Source: Burkholderiales bacterium (lineage in GTDB: Bacteria > Pseudomonadota > Gammaproteobacteria > Burkholderiales > SG8-41). From it: DNA of 64,000 nt. Below the pieces are notes generated by a model. That model made no database searches and was not told the origin of the DNA. It was given only the letters and a program-made list of their open reading frames with translations. Each line of letters starts with the position of its first letter. The first letter of the stretch is position 1. The DNA lies in contig JAURHM010000007.1 of assembly GCA_030833315.1 (NCBI GenBank), positions 3,760 to 67,759 on the forward strand. The letters are read 5' to 3'. Positions 19,461-29,744 of this stretch are shown here, piece after piece. The translations under genes and the position numbers were made by a program.

Positions 19461-21161
19461 TTATTTCGCCGAAATGATCGGCAGCAACAGGTACGAAGGC
19501 CTATCGCCACCCGAATAAATGGTGTTTTCCGCACCCAGGTTGTAGTCGGCATGATAGTGGCCATACATCTGGCTGCCCGCGCCGTCACGCGACTGGATGT
19601 CGATGCGGATCTTGTGACCCTTCTTGAACACCATGCAGGTCGGCCAGATCTCAACCTGACACTCGACGATCTCGCCGGGTGACAGCCACTGCCGCTCGTT
19701 GTGCGCGTGGAAGGGCCGGTACGGCAGCGAACGCGCCGGATCAAGCTTGCGATGCGAGGCGCGCAGCCAGCCCTTGGTCACTGCCGGTACCGACTGCCCC
19801 TGCTGGCCGACTTCGCAGACATCCTTGCCGTCGGCATCAATGTTGCGCAGCGTCACCATGATGTCCATGTCCTCAGTCGAGCTCGACACCCAGAGATTGA
19901 GCATCAGCGGACCGGTGACCTCGGTGTCTTCCTTCAGCGGCGGCGTTTCGAAGGCGACGCCCATCTTGTTCTGCGCGGCAAGCATCAGAGCGGTCGATGA
20001 AGAAGCGACACCGGCCTTGGTGACGCCGCTGGCGGAGTAACTGAGCTTCGATTCCTTCTCCGGCACCTGAGTCATCAGCGAACCTTCAACGCTGTCGATA
20101 TCCGTGCCCTGCGCACGCTCGATATTGAGATACATTTTCGTCCACTGCGTGCGTTTAAGCGGCCATTCGTTTTCAAAACGGAAGGCGTAGGGCTTGGTGC
20201 TGCCTCCGGTACGGATTTCGATTTTCACCGGCGGCTCATCCATGATGCCGGTGTCGATGCCCTTCAGCCAGTAATCGAACCAACGCAACTGGTCGATTCG
20301 CCCTTCTTCCGAATGGAAGGGATGAAAATGCGAGCCGGTGTGCACACGTAGCTTCTTGTGTTTGGAAGCGGCGTTGACGAAACCTTCGATATTGCCGCGC
20401 AGGTGCAGCGAGAATCCACCCCAGTTGCCGGCACTGAACACCGGTACAGTGATCTTTTCCCACTGCGCACTGCGAATGCGCCAGTAATCGGAGTCGAGGT
20501 TGTTGCTCATCCAGTTCCACAGCAGGTCGTTGCGGAAGGCATTGGGGTTGTATTCGCGCGGGCGGCCGAGCAGATGGTGCGCGGTCTGCGTGTTGTGCCA
20601 GCTCGAAATGAAACCCATCGCAAAAATGCCGCCGTGATAAGCCTGGTCGCGGTAGAGGTCGGCGCGGCCTTCCCAGGGCAGGATCGCCTTCAGCGACGGC
20701 GGCTGCAGATTGGCGGCACGCCACTGGCAGTTGGCGTGATAGGACACCCCCAGCGTGCCGATATTGCCCGAACACCAGGGTAGCTTCGCTGCCCACTCGA
20801 TGGCGTCGTAAAAATCAACGCCTTCCTGATAGGAATTCGGATCGGACTGGCCCGGCGATTTACCCGAACCGCGGGAATCCACACGGATCAGCGCATAACC
20901 TCGTGGGCACCACCACATCGGATTCGCGGTTTCCCAGTTCAGATAGGGATTCGCCGCCTCTTCCAGATCCGCCGGCGGCCGCCACAGCTTGTCCTTCTGA
21001 TAGGGGCCGATATTCATCAGCGCCGGCACCTTCTCCTTGCAATCGGGTCGCAGCACGTCACAGTAGATGATCGCGCCGTCACGCAGCTTGATCGGAACAT
21101 CCTTCTCGACAATCAGTTTCCAGTCCTGCGGCTGCGACATTTTTACGGCTTGTGCGGTCAT
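19461..21161 (-). CDS. CocE/NonD-family hydrolase (S15 X-Pro dipeptidyl-peptidase-like)
   Basis: YALIRVDSRGSGKSPG, GVSYHA nucleophile region, and a C-terminal jelly-roll-sized domain (566 aa). Confidence 0.75.
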   Translation of the reverse strand: MTAQAVKMSQPQDWKLIVEKDVPIKLRDGAIIYCDVLRPDCKEKVPALMNIGPYQKDKLWRPPADLEEAANPYLNWETANPMWWCPRGYALIRVDSRGSGKSPGQSDPNSYQEGVDFYDAIEWAAKLPWCSGNIGTLGVSYHANCQWRAANLQPPSLKAILPWEGRADLYRDQAYHGGIFAMGFISSWHNTQTAHHLLGRPREYNPNAFRNDLLWNWMSNNLDSDYWRIRSAQWEKITVPVFSAGNWGGFSLHLRGNIEGFVNAASKHKKLRVHTGSHFHPFHSEEGRIDQLRWFDYWLKGIDTGIMDEPPVKIEIRTGGSTKPYAFRFENEWPLKRTQWTKMYLNIERAQGTDIDSVEGSLMTQVPEKESKLSYSASGVTKAGVASSSTALMLAAQNKMGVAFETPPLKEDTEVTGPLMLNLWVSSSTEDMDIMVTLRNIDADGKDVCEVGQQGQSVPAVTKGWLRASHRKLDPARSLPYRPFHAHNERQWLSPGEIVECQVEIWPTCMVFKKGHKIRIDIQSRDGAGSQMYGHYHADYNLGAENTIYSGGDRPSYLLLPIISAK

Positions 21162-21203
21162 GCTGCGCTCCGTCCGGTAAGGTATTGTTTACAGCTCGAT
21201 TTT

Positions 21204-22226
21204 TTAACGTTTGATGATGCCGAGATCGGCCATCATTTTTTCCAGCAGGACATGCTCGGCCTCGAGGAACTTGCGGGTTTCCGCCGCGCCTTTGAAATCG
21301 CGGTCCCAGGCATTCTTCTCCAGCGCTTCTTTCCAGTCCGGATCATCGACCATGCGCGAAAACACGCGATCCCAGTAAGCGGTCTGGGCCGCAGTCAGGG
21401 CCTTGGGCGCGAGAAAACCGCGCCAGGCTGAATACACTGCATCAACGCCCTGCTCCTTGAGCGTCGGCACTGCGGCAAAAGCGCCGGGCTGGCGCTGCGG
21501 CGAACTGATGCCCAGCACGCGGATGCGGCCTTCCTGCAACAGCGGTAGCGCGTTGCCGATCGTGCCCGCCCAGACTTCAACGTGGCCGCCCAGCGTTGCC
21601 GTGGTACCGGCACCACCGGAAGAATAGACCACGATTTTCAATGCTTTCGGATCAATACCCGCGGCACGGGCAATCATGCCGAGCACGATATGGTTCTGAT
21701 TGCCGCGCGCCGGCGAAATACCGAAACTCACCGATCCGGGATCGGCCTTCAGCTTCGCCACAAGATCCTTGCCGCTCTGAATGCCCGAGGCCGTACGCAC
21801 CCACACCGCCACATATTCATGCATGACGATGTTCAGCGGCGTGATGTCCTGGTAACGCAGCGTACTTAAACCCATGATCTGGTTGGTCACCAGCGCGGTA
21901 TTCAGCGTTGAAATGTAATGGGCGTCGCCCGGATGCAGGTTCAGCGAACTCCAGGCCAGCGTGCCGCTGCCACCCGGCCTGTTGTTGACCGTAACGCTGG
22001 GCATGCCCGGCACCGACTGCAGGTATTTCTGGATCACCCGCGCCGACCGGTCCGCCGCACCACCCGCACCCGAAGACACAATGATTTCGACATTGCGTTC
22101 CGGTTTCCAGTCTTGTGCGTAAGCCGGCTGTGCGTACACCGAACATAAAACCATACCCGGCAGCAAGACGGCATGCTCCAGCGTACGCATGATCAACCCC
22201 GGAAACCGCTTGCCTTGATGAACCAT
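21204..22226 (-). CDS. Bug/TctC-family periplasmic solute receptor (divergent)
   Basis: VNNRPGGSG and a TctC-like C-terminal half. AGGAGG RBS before ATG 22226. Confidence 0.7.
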   Translation of the reverse strand: MVHQGKRFPGLIMRTLEHAVLLPGMVLCSVYAQPAYAQDWKPERNVEIIVSSGAGGAADRSARVIQKYLQSVPGMPSVTVNNRPGGSGTLAWSSLNLHPGDAHYISTLNTALVTNQIMGLSTLRYQDITPLNIVMHEYVAVWVRTASGIQSGKDLVAKLKADPGSVSFGISPARGNQNHIVLGMIARAAGIDPKALKIVVYSSGGAGTTATLGGHVEVWAGTIGNALPLLQEGRIRVLGISSPQRQPGAFAAVPTLKEQGVDAVYSAWRGFLAPKALTAAQTAYWDRVFSRMVDDPDWKEALEKNAWDRDFKGAAETRKFLEAEHVLLEKMMADLGIIKR

Positions 22227-22430
22227 GACTCCTCCTGTCAGTGGCATTTGAAACCCGGAGCATTATAGAGAGAAGCCGGTCACCTGAATGCATATTGCGG
22301 CAAGTCCAGACTACGGAAGGATGGGTCATCAGCGCCTGCTCACCGCCTCATTTGCACATCTCCATATGCTGGAAACATCAAAGAGACCGGACGGCCTGCG
22401 GAGTAGAATTCGATATCCCAAAATTCACTG

Positions 22431-23225
22431 ATGCCTGCCATGCACTTGTCCACTTTTACCGTCGAACGCGACGGCGTAAGAATTGTTGTCCACGCCTGCG
22501 GTCATGGCCCCCGCGTGGTGATGATGCCCTCGCTGGGACGCGGCGCCCCGGATTTTTTTGTCATTGCCGAGCGCCTTGCCACCGCTGGTTATCGCGTACT
22601 GTGTCCGGAACCGCGCGGACTCGGCGGCAGCCAGGGACCGCTGCACGGCATCACGCTGCATGATTTCGCCAGCGACATCGCCATGGTCATCGAACACGAT
22701 GGCGGCGGCCCCACTGTCGTAGCCGGTCATGCCTTCGGCAACTTTGTCGCCCGCACAATGGCCGCCGATCATCCGAAGCTGGTGCGTGCCGTGGTGTTAC
22801 TGGCGGCAACCCACACCTGGCCGCTCGCCCCCGAACTGCGCGATTCGATCAACAAATGCCATCAGATGGATCTGCCGGAAGCGACAAGGCTCAAGCATCT
22901 GCAGCATGTGTTTTTTGCACCCGGCAATGACGCCAGTGTCTGGCTCGGCGGCTGGGATGAAGAAGTGATGCATGCCGAGCGTGATGCCACCGAAGCCACA
23001 CCCAAACCGGAATGGTGGACTGCCGGCACGGCGCCAGTGCTTGATGTGCTGTCGCTGAGAGATCCGCTGTCGCCGCCGGACAGCATCTACAACTACCGTG
23101 ACCAGTGGGGCGCAGACCGCGTCACGATCGCCAAAATCGACAACGCCGCCCACGCGCTGCTGCCGGAACAACCAGTCGCCGTTGCCGATGCCATCATCGC
23201 TTACATGAAGCAGCTCGGCGCATGA
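22431..23225 (+). CDS. alpha/beta-fold hydrolase
   Basis: HGPRVVMMPSLGRG and the nucleophile elbow AGHAFGN. Confidence 0.65.
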   Translation: MPAMHLSTFTVERDGVRIVVHACGHGPRVVMMPSLGRGAPDFFVIAERLATAGYRVLCPEPRGLGGSQGPLHGITLHDFASDIAMVIEHDGGGPTVVAGHAFGNFVARTMAADHPKLVRAVVLLAATHTWPLAPELRDSINKCHQMDLPEATRLKHLQHVFFAPGNDASVWLGGWDEEVMHAERDATEATPKPEWWTAGTAPVLDVLSLRDPLSPPDSIYNYRDQWGADRVTIAKIDNAAHALLPEQPVAVADAIIAYMKQLGA

Positions 23226-23836
23226 AGCTGTTCTGGTCGTCACGCTCACCCTTCGTGCGCAAGGTCATGGTGTTCGCTCACGAGTGCGGGCTGGCCGGAC
23301 GCCTTGAATGCAAACGCACGCTGGTGGCAATGAACAAACCGAACACCGATCTGCTGAAAATCAATCCCACCGGCAAGATTCCGACGCTGCTGCTCGACGA
23401 TGGCAGCGCACTGTACGACTCGACGGTGATCTGCGAATATCTCGACAGCCTGCACGACCGCGCGAAGTTGTTCCCGCCGTCCGGACAGGCGCGCTGGACC
23501 GCACTGCGCCGCCATGCACTGGGCAACAACCTGCTCGACAACCTGATGCTGTGGCGCAATGAACTGCTGCGCCCGCAAACGCAGCAGTCGCCGGAAACCA
23601 TGGCGGCTTTTGAAACCAAGGTGCGTAACGCTGTCGCGGCACTGGATCAGGAAGCTGAAGCCCTGGGCACCGATCCGGTCAGCATCGGCCATGTCGCCAT
23701 CGCCTGCGCACTGTCTTACGCCGATTTCCGTTTTTCCAGTCTGGGCTGGCGCATCGGCAATGGACGCATCACCCGCTGGTTTGACGCCTTCGCGCAGCGC
23801 CCCTCGATGATCAACACCGCGCACGTCGACCAATAG
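23222..23836 (+). CDS. glutathione S-transferase family protein
   Basis: MKLFWSSRSPFVRKV, GKIPTLLLDDG, and LYDSTVICEYLD thioredoxin-like N-domain. ATGA overlap with the upstream stop. Confidence 0.75.
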   Translation: MKLFWSSRSPFVRKVMVFAHECGLAGRLECKRTLVAMNKPNTDLLKINPTGKIPTLLLDDGSALYDSTVICEYLDSLHDRAKLFPPSGQARWTALRRHALGNNLLDNLMLWRNELLRPQTQQSPETMAAFETKVRNAVAALDQEAEALGTDPVSIGHVAIACALSYADFRFSSLGWRIGNGRITRWFDAFAQRPSMINTAHVDQ

Positions 23837-23858
23837 CCCTGCATTGCGAGGAGATTGC

Positions 23859-24824
23859 ATGAAAAGAAAACTGGCCCTGTTGCCGCTGCTGCTGATCCCG
23901 ATCGCACTGCCGGCCGCTGCACAACAACAATACCCGGCGCGAGCCATTCGCATGGTCGTCGGTTTTCCCGCCGGCGGCCCCACCGACATCGTCGCAAGGC
24001 AGATGGCCCCAAAAATGTCGGAAGGCCTCGGCCAGCAGATCATCGTCGACAACCGCGGCGGCGCCGGTGGCATGATTGCCACCGAACAGGTCGCCAAGGC
24101 TGCACCCGACGGTTACACCATCCTGATGGGCACCATCGGCGGCGTTGCGGTGGCGATGAGCCTCAATCCCAATCGCGGTTACGACACACTGCGTGACCTG
24201 GCGCCGATCACCCAGAGCGTTGCCGTCACCAGCATTCTGGTCACCCACCCTTCGGTGCCGGCTAAAACGGTCAAGGAACTGCTGGCCTACGCACGCGCCA
24301 AACCTGGCAGCCTCAACTACGGCTCCTCGGGCAACGGCACCATCACCCATCTGGCCGGTGAACTGCTGAAATACATGGCCAAGGTCAACATCACCCACGT
24401 GCCCTACAAGGGCGGTTCGCCCGCGCTGACCGCGCTGGTTTCCGGCGAAGTCGATCTGACTTATGAAAACAGCCTGATCATCACGCCGCACATCAAGTCG
24501 GGCAAAGTCAAAGGCATCGCCGTCACCAGTGCCAAACGATCCGCACTGCTGCCGGAACTGCCGACCATCGCCGAAACCCTGCCCGGCTACAGTGCCAGCG
24601 GCTGGTACGGCCTGCTCGCGCCGGCGGCCACACAAAAGCCGGTGATCGCCCGCCTGCACGCTGAAGCCGTCAAGGCGCTACGCGCACCCGATGTCGTCGA
24701 ACGGCTGTCGAGCCAGGGCGCCGAACCGGTCGGCAACACGCCGGAGGAATTCACCGCCTTCGTGCGCAGCGAAATCAGCAAATGGGCGACGCTGGTGAAG
24801 GCCGCCAATATGCGCGCCGATTGA
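23859..24824 (+). CDS. Bug/TctC-family periplasmic solute receptor
   Basis: MKRKLALLPLLLIPIALPAAA signal, QYPARAIRMVVGFPAGG, VDNRGGAGG, HVPYKGGSPA. Confidence 0.85.
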   Translation: MKRKLALLPLLLIPIALPAAAQQQYPARAIRMVVGFPAGGPTDIVARQMAPKMSEGLGQQIIVDNRGGAGGMIATEQVAKAAPDGYTILMGTIGGVAVAMSLNPNRGYDTLRDLAPITQSVAVTSILVTHPSVPAKTVKELLAYARAKPGSLNYGSSGNGTITHLAGELLKYMAKVNITHVPYKGGSPALTALVSGEVDLTYENSLIITPHIKSGKVKGIAVTSAKRSALLPELPTIAETLPGYSASGWYGLLAPAATQKPVIARLHAEAVKALRAPDVVERLSSQGAEPVGNTPEEFTAFVRSEISKWATLVKAANMRAD

Positions 24825-24853
24825 ATAAACATCTTCAACAAAAAAACGAACTC

Positions 24854-26971
24854 ATGAATACGCTCCCGACCGCCCCCGACCTTTCCCGACTGCTCGATCC
24901 GCGCGGCGTTGCCGTTGTCGGCGCCTCCACCGATCTCACGCGCATCGGCGGCCAGCCGATCAAGCTGCTGACCGAATACGGCTACAAAGGCCAGGTCTAT
25001 CCGGTCAATCCCAAATACCCGGAGATCAAGGGACTGAAGTGTTATCCCGATGTGCTGTCGGTACCCAAGCCCTGCGACATCGCACTGATCGCCGTGTCCG
25101 GCGCGCTGGTGCCCGGGGCCGTCGAACAATGCGGCAAGGCCGGCATTCCGTTTGCGGTGATTCTGTCGGCCGGCTTCAGTGAAGCCGGCGAGGCCGGTAA
25201 GGAACTCAACGACAAGCTGCTCGCGGCCATCCAATCCAGCGGCGTTCGTGTCGTCGGCCCGAACTGCCTGGGTGTATTGAACCTCGACGCCAGTTTCCGC
25301 CTCGGATTCGGCGGCACGCTGCAACTCAAAACACTCAAGCCCGGACCGATCGCCATGGTGACGCAATCCGGCGGTTTCGGTTTCGGCGTGGTCGCCGTCG
25401 GCTGTTATTACGGCCTCGGTTTCAACCATGTGATCTCCACCGGCAATGAAGCCGACCTCACCGCGCTCGACTGGATGGAGTATCTGATTGAACGCCCGGA
25501 CGTCGAAATACTCACTGCCTTCCTTGAAGGCACTACCGAAGGCCTGCGCCTGCGCCGGCTCGGCGCACGCGCACTGGAACTCGGCAAACCGATCCTGATC
25601 TGGAAAGTCGGCAACACCGATGTCGGCAGCAAGGCCGCGACTTCCCACACCGCACGACTCACCGCCGGTTATGAACTGTTCCGCACCGCCTTTCGCGAAG
25701 GCGGCTTCATCGAAGTGCAGGACGTTGATGACTTGATCGACTACTGCAAGGCCTTCCGTGCCAAAAAACTGCCTCGCGGCAACGGCGTCGGCGTGATGAC
25801 ACTGTCAGGCGGCGCCGGCGTCCTGCTTGCCGACCGCTGCACCGCACGCGGCCTGACGTTGCCGCGCCTCACCGACAAGACCCGCGAAACGCTGCGCGGC
25901 ATCGTTGTCGCCTACGCCTCGATTGAAAACCCGATCGACACCACGGCCCAGGGCTACAACGACAACTTTGCGTCGTATACCAAAACCATGCGCGAGGTAC
26001 TGGCCGACCCAAATATCGACTCCATTGTCGCGCGCTCGCCGCGCGGAACCGTGGCCCAGGCCTGGGCCGAAGGCCTTGTTGAAATGCTCAAAGGCGTCGA
26101 CAAACCGCTGCTGCTGAACTGGCCGACTTCCCCCGACGACAACCGCGCCGCAATGGATTACCTGGAGCAAAACGGCGTGCCCTGCATGCTCGCGCCAGGC
26201 CGCACCGTTGACGCACTGGCCGCGCTCAATGATTTCGCCAGCAAGCGCCGCGTGTTTGAAGCCACACGCGCCCGCGGCGGCAAACGCGCCATTGCCAAAC
26301 AGAAACTCGAACTGTCCGGCTCAGGCACGCTGGGTGAACACGCTTCGAAAGCGCTACTGCAGGCTTACGGCATTCCGGTCACCGGCGAACAACTGCTGGC
26401 GCCTGATGTTGTGGAAAAACTCACTGCAACTCCGCTGCCCTTCCCCTTGGCGGTCAAGATCGAATCCGCCGACATCCCGCACAAGACCGAAGCCGGCGTG
26501 ATCCGCCTCAACATCAACAGCCTCGACGGACTGAAACAGGCCGCACGCGAAGTGCTGGCAGCCGCCAAACAATACAAAACGGATGCGCGCATTGCCGGCA
26601 TCCTCGTGCAGCAGATGGCCACAGGCGAGGAAGTCATCCTCGGCGTCGTCAACGATGCCCACTTCGGTCCGGTGGTGGCTTTCGGCCTCGGCGGCGTGTT
26701 CACTGAAATCATGCACGACGTCACCCACCGCTTTGCACCCTTTGATGCCGAAACCGCGAAATCCATGATCCACGAGATCAAGGGCGTCAAACTGCTGCAA
26801 GGTTATCGCGGCAAGCCGCCGTGCAATATTGATGCACTGGCCGATGCCATGGCGCGGCTTTCGCTGCTGGCGGCGGACCATGCCGACCGTATTGCCGAGA
26901 TCGACATCAATCCGCTGTTCGTCAATGCATCAGGCGTCATTGCAGCCGATGCGCTGGTCGTTTTGAAGTAA
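24854..26971 (+). CDS. NDP-forming acyl-CoA synthetase (acetate--CoA ligase family; CoA-binding + ATP-grasp)
   Basis: RGVAVVGAS CoA-binding start, GPNCLG, and a C-terminal ATP-grasp half (LAVKIESADIPHKTEAGVI). Confidence 0.75.
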   Translation: MNTLPTAPDLSRLLDPRGVAVVGASTDLTRIGGQPIKLLTEYGYKGQVYPVNPKYPEIKGLKCYPDVLSVPKPCDIALIAVSGALVPGAVEQCGKAGIPFAVILSAGFSEAGEAGKELNDKLLAAIQSSGVRVVGPNCLGVLNLDASFRLGFGGTLQLKTLKPGPIAMVTQSGGFGFGVVAVGCYYGLGFNHVISTGNEADLTALDWMEYLIERPDVEILTAFLEGTTEGLRLRRLGARALELGKPILIWKVGNTDVGSKAATSHTARLTAGYELFRTAFREGGFIEVQDVDDLIDYCKAFRAKKLPRGNGVGVMTLSGGAGVLLADRCTARGLTLPRLTDKTRETLRGIVVAYASIENPIDTTAQGYNDNFASYTKTMREVLADPNIDSIVARSPRGTVAQAWAEGLVEMLKGVDKPLLLNWPTSPDDNRAAMDYLEQNGVPCMLAPGRTVDALAALNDFASKRRVFEATRARGGKRAIAKQKLELSGSGTLGEHASKALLQAYGIPVTGEQLLAPDVVEKLTATPLPFPLAVKIESADIPHKTEAGVIRLNINSLDGLKQAAREVLAAAKQYKTDARIAGILVQQMATGEEVILGVVNDAHFGPVVAFGLGGVFTEIMHDVTHRFAPFDAETAKSMIHEIKGVKLLQGYRGKPPCNIDALADAMARLSLLAADHADRIAEIDINPLFVNASGVIAADALVVLK

Positions 26972-27969
26972 TGGATACGCCTTTCAAAACCCGCATCACC
27001 GATCTTTACGGCATTCGTTTGCCTATCATCGCCAGCGGCCTGATGTGGCTGGCCGATCCGGTGTATGTCGCAGCGGTGGCGCGCGCCGGATTGATCGGTT
27101 TCATGACGGCGGCGAGTTTCCCGGATGTGGCCGCCTTGCGCACCGGCATCCGCCGTTGCCGCGAGTTGAGCGAAGGCAAACCCTTCGGCGTCAACATCAT
27201 GATCCGCGCCAGCCGTGATGGCACAGACCGTGTCAATCCGCTGATCGACGCAGTGATCGAAGAGGGTGTTAAGTTCGTCGAAACCGCGGGCAACAATCCC
27301 GAGGCTTACATCAGACGACTGAAAGATGCCGGCATCAAGGTGCTGCACAAAGTGCCGGGCGTACTGCGCTATGTCAAAAAGGCAGAAGCGCTCGGCGCGG
27401 ATGCGGTGACGGTGATCGGTTATGAAGCCGGCGGCCATCCGGGCGTCGAACCGGTCGGGAGTATTGTCGCTGGCGTAGCCGCTGCGCGTGCCGTGAAAAT
27501 TCCGGTGATAGTTGCGGGCGGCCTGGGCACCGGCGAACAACTCGTCGCGGCACTGGCGCTGGGGGCTGAGGGCGTGGCCATGGGCACGCGCTTTCTGGTG
27601 TCCGAAGAAATCTGGGCGCATCGCCAATACAAGGAACGGCTGGTTGCGGCCGGTGAAACCGAAACCACGCTGCTGCTGCAGAGCATGCGTAATACCCAAC
27701 GTGCGCTGAAAACCGGCCATGTGGCGATGATCCAGCAGCTTGAACAGGCGCAACCCGTCGATACCCAAGCCATCCTGCCCCATATCATGGGCACTGTCGG
27801 CCGCAAGGCCTACGAGACCGGCGAGGTCGAGAAAGCCATGCTGTCCTGCGGCCAGGGCGTCGTATTCGCCGATAAAATCGAACCGCTGGCCGCCATCGTC
27901 GACCGTCTCGACAGCGAAGCCCGCACGGCAATGGCACGGTTACAGTCGCTGTATCGGCCAGGCACCTGA
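26971..27969 (+). CDS. nitronate monooxygenase / FMN-dependent NPD-family oxidoreductase
   Basis: GIRLPIIASGLMW, GYEAGGH, and GAEGVAMGTRF motifs. TAATG overlap with the upstream gene. Confidence 0.75.
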   Translation: MDTPFKTRITDLYGIRLPIIASGLMWLADPVYVAAVARAGLIGFMTAASFPDVAALRTGIRRCRELSEGKPFGVNIMIRASRDGTDRVNPLIDAVIEEGVKFVETAGNNPEAYIRRLKDAGIKVLHKVPGVLRYVKKAEALGADAVTVIGYEAGGHPGVEPVGSIVAGVAAARAVKIPVIVAGGLGTGEQLVAALALGAEGVAMGTRFLVSEEIWAHRQYKERLVAAGETETTLLLQSMRNTQRALKTGHVAMIQQLEQAQPVDTQAILPHIMGTVGRKAYETGEVEKAMLSCGQGVVFADKIEPLAAIVDRLDSEARTAMARLQSLYRPGT

Positions 27970-27988
27970 TCCCGTTCGGAGGAGCACC

Positions 27989-28951
27989 ATGAAAAAATAT
28001 AACTGTCTGTTTTTAATTGCATTTTCTGCAGCTGCTGTTTCGGCAGGCGCACAGAACTATCCCAGCAAGACCGTACGCCTGATCGTACCTTTCGCCGCGG
28101 GTGGCAGCACCGACGTGATCGCGCGGGTACTGGCGCCGAAACTCAGCGAAGCCTGGGGCCAGCAGGTCATCGTCGACAACCGCCCAGGCGGCAACACCAC
28201 CATTGGTACTGACATCGTCGCCAAGTCCGCGCCCGACGGCCACACACTGCTGGTCACGCCGGCGCCGTTCACCGTGGTGCCCAGCGTGATGACCAAGCTG
28301 CCTTACGAACCTGCGAAAGACTTTGAACCGATCACGCTGATCAACACCACGCCGATGGGTCTGGTAGTACATCCGGGTGTGCCGGCAAAAAATCTGAAGG
28401 AACTGATCGCGCTGGCAAAAACACGTCCCGGCCAGATGAATTTCGGCTCCTCCGGCAGCGGCGGCGTGCCGCATCTGTCGGGCGAACTGCTCAACACCAT
28501 GGCCGGCCTGAAAATCGTGCATGTGCCTTACAAGGGCAATGCACCGGCACTGGCCGATCTCGTCGGCGGCCATGTCGACATGGCCTTCAACGGCCTGACC
28601 TCGGTAATGCCCTTCATCAAATCCGGCCGCCTGCGCGTGCTGGGTGTCACCAGCATCGGCCGCACCGCCGCGTTGCCCGAAGTGCTGACCTTCGATGAGC
28701 AGGGACTCAAGGGTTTCCAGGCAGTGGCCTGGAACGGCCTGAGCGCTCCGGCACGCACGCCAAAAGAGGCCATTGCCCGCATCCAGGAAACAAGCTCGCG
28801 TATCGTCAAATCGCCGGAACTCGCGGAGCAACTGAAGCGCGACGGCTCCGACCCGGTCGGCAGCACCACCGCTGAATTCGTCGTCCATCTGCGCGATGAA
28901 GTGGTGAAGTGGAAAAAAGTCCTCGATCGCGCCGGCATCAAATCCTTCTGA
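27989..28951 (+). CDS. Bug/TctC-family periplasmic solute receptor
   Basis: MKKYNCLFLIAFSAAAVSAGA signal, NYPSKTVRLIVPFAAGG, VDNRPGGN, HVPYKGNAPA. GGAG RBS. Confidence 0.85.
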   Translation: MKKYNCLFLIAFSAAAVSAGAQNYPSKTVRLIVPFAAGGSTDVIARVLAPKLSEAWGQQVIVDNRPGGNTTIGTDIVAKSAPDGHTLLVTPAPFTVVPSVMTKLPYEPAKDFEPITLINTTPMGLVVHPGVPAKNLKELIALAKTRPGQMNFGSSGSGGVPHLSGELLNTMAGLKIVHVPYKGNAPALADLVGGHVDMAFNGLTSVMPFIKSGRLRVLGVTSIGRTAALPEVLTFDEQGLKGFQAVAWNGLSAPARTPKEAIARIQETSSRIVKSPELAEQLKRDGSDPVGSTTAEFVVHLRDEVVKWKKVLDRAGIKSF

Positions 28952-28962
28952 AAGAAAATCCG

Positions 28963-29733
28963 ATGAGCATCAAGGTCACCCACGATGAAGGCGTCGCCAC
29001 TGTCCTCCTCGACCGCGCCGACAAGCTGAACGCGCTGTCGGGCGAGATGTACCAGGAACTCGCCGACGCCTTCACCGCATTGAACAATGACGACAGCGTA
29101 CGCGTCGTGCTGTTGACCGGCGCCGGACGCGCGTTCTGCGCCGGCGGCGACGTCGGCTCGATGGGTAACTTCGATGTCGTCAGCGGCCGCAAACGCTCCA
29201 AGGGCCACCACCGCATGATCCTCGCGCTGCATCACCTCGAAAAACCGGTGATAGCCGCGGTGCGCGGACCGGCTGCCGGCATCGGCGCCAGCCTTGCACT
29301 GGCTTCCGACCTCATCGTTGCCAGTGAAAACGCCTATCTGCTGATGGCCTTCAAGAATGTCGGCATTCCGCCCGACGGCGGTGCGATCTTCTTCCTGACC
29401 CAGCATCTCGGTCTCGCCCGCGCCAAGGAAATCGTCTACAGCGCGCGCAAGCTGCCTGCAGCCGAAGCGAAGGACATGGGACTGATCAGCAAGGTCGTTC
29501 CCGATAACCAGCTTGAAGCTGCCTCACTGGCGCTGGCGCGCGAAATCGCCGGCTCTGCAACCTATGCACTGACGCTGGCCAAACGCATGTTCCAGTACAT
29601 GTATGTGCCGACATTGGAACAGCTGCTCGAAATGGAAGTGCTGGCGATCTGCGGTGCGCGTATGACCCACGACCACGTCGAAGGCGTCACCGCGTTCAAG
29701 GAAAAACGCAAACCGCAGTTCAAGGGTAAATAA
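28963..29733 (+). CDS. enoyl-CoA hydratase/isomerase (crotonase) family protein
   Basis: RADKLNAL, LTGAGRAFCAGGD oxyanion-hole motif, and KPVIAAVRGPAAGIG. Confidence 0.8.
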   Translation: MSIKVTHDEGVATVLLDRADKLNALSGEMYQELADAFTALNNDDSVRVVLLTGAGRAFCAGGDVGSMGNFDVVSGRKRSKGHHRMILALHHLEKPVIAAVRGPAAGIGASLALASDLIVASENAYLLMAFKNVGIPPDGGAIFFLTQHLGLARAKEIVYSARKLPAAEAKDMGLISKVVPDNQLEAASLALAREIAGSATYALTLAKRMFQYMYVPTLEQLLEMEVLAICGARMTHDHVEGVTAFKEKRKPQFKGK

Positions 29734-29744
29734 GCCGCATCGCA

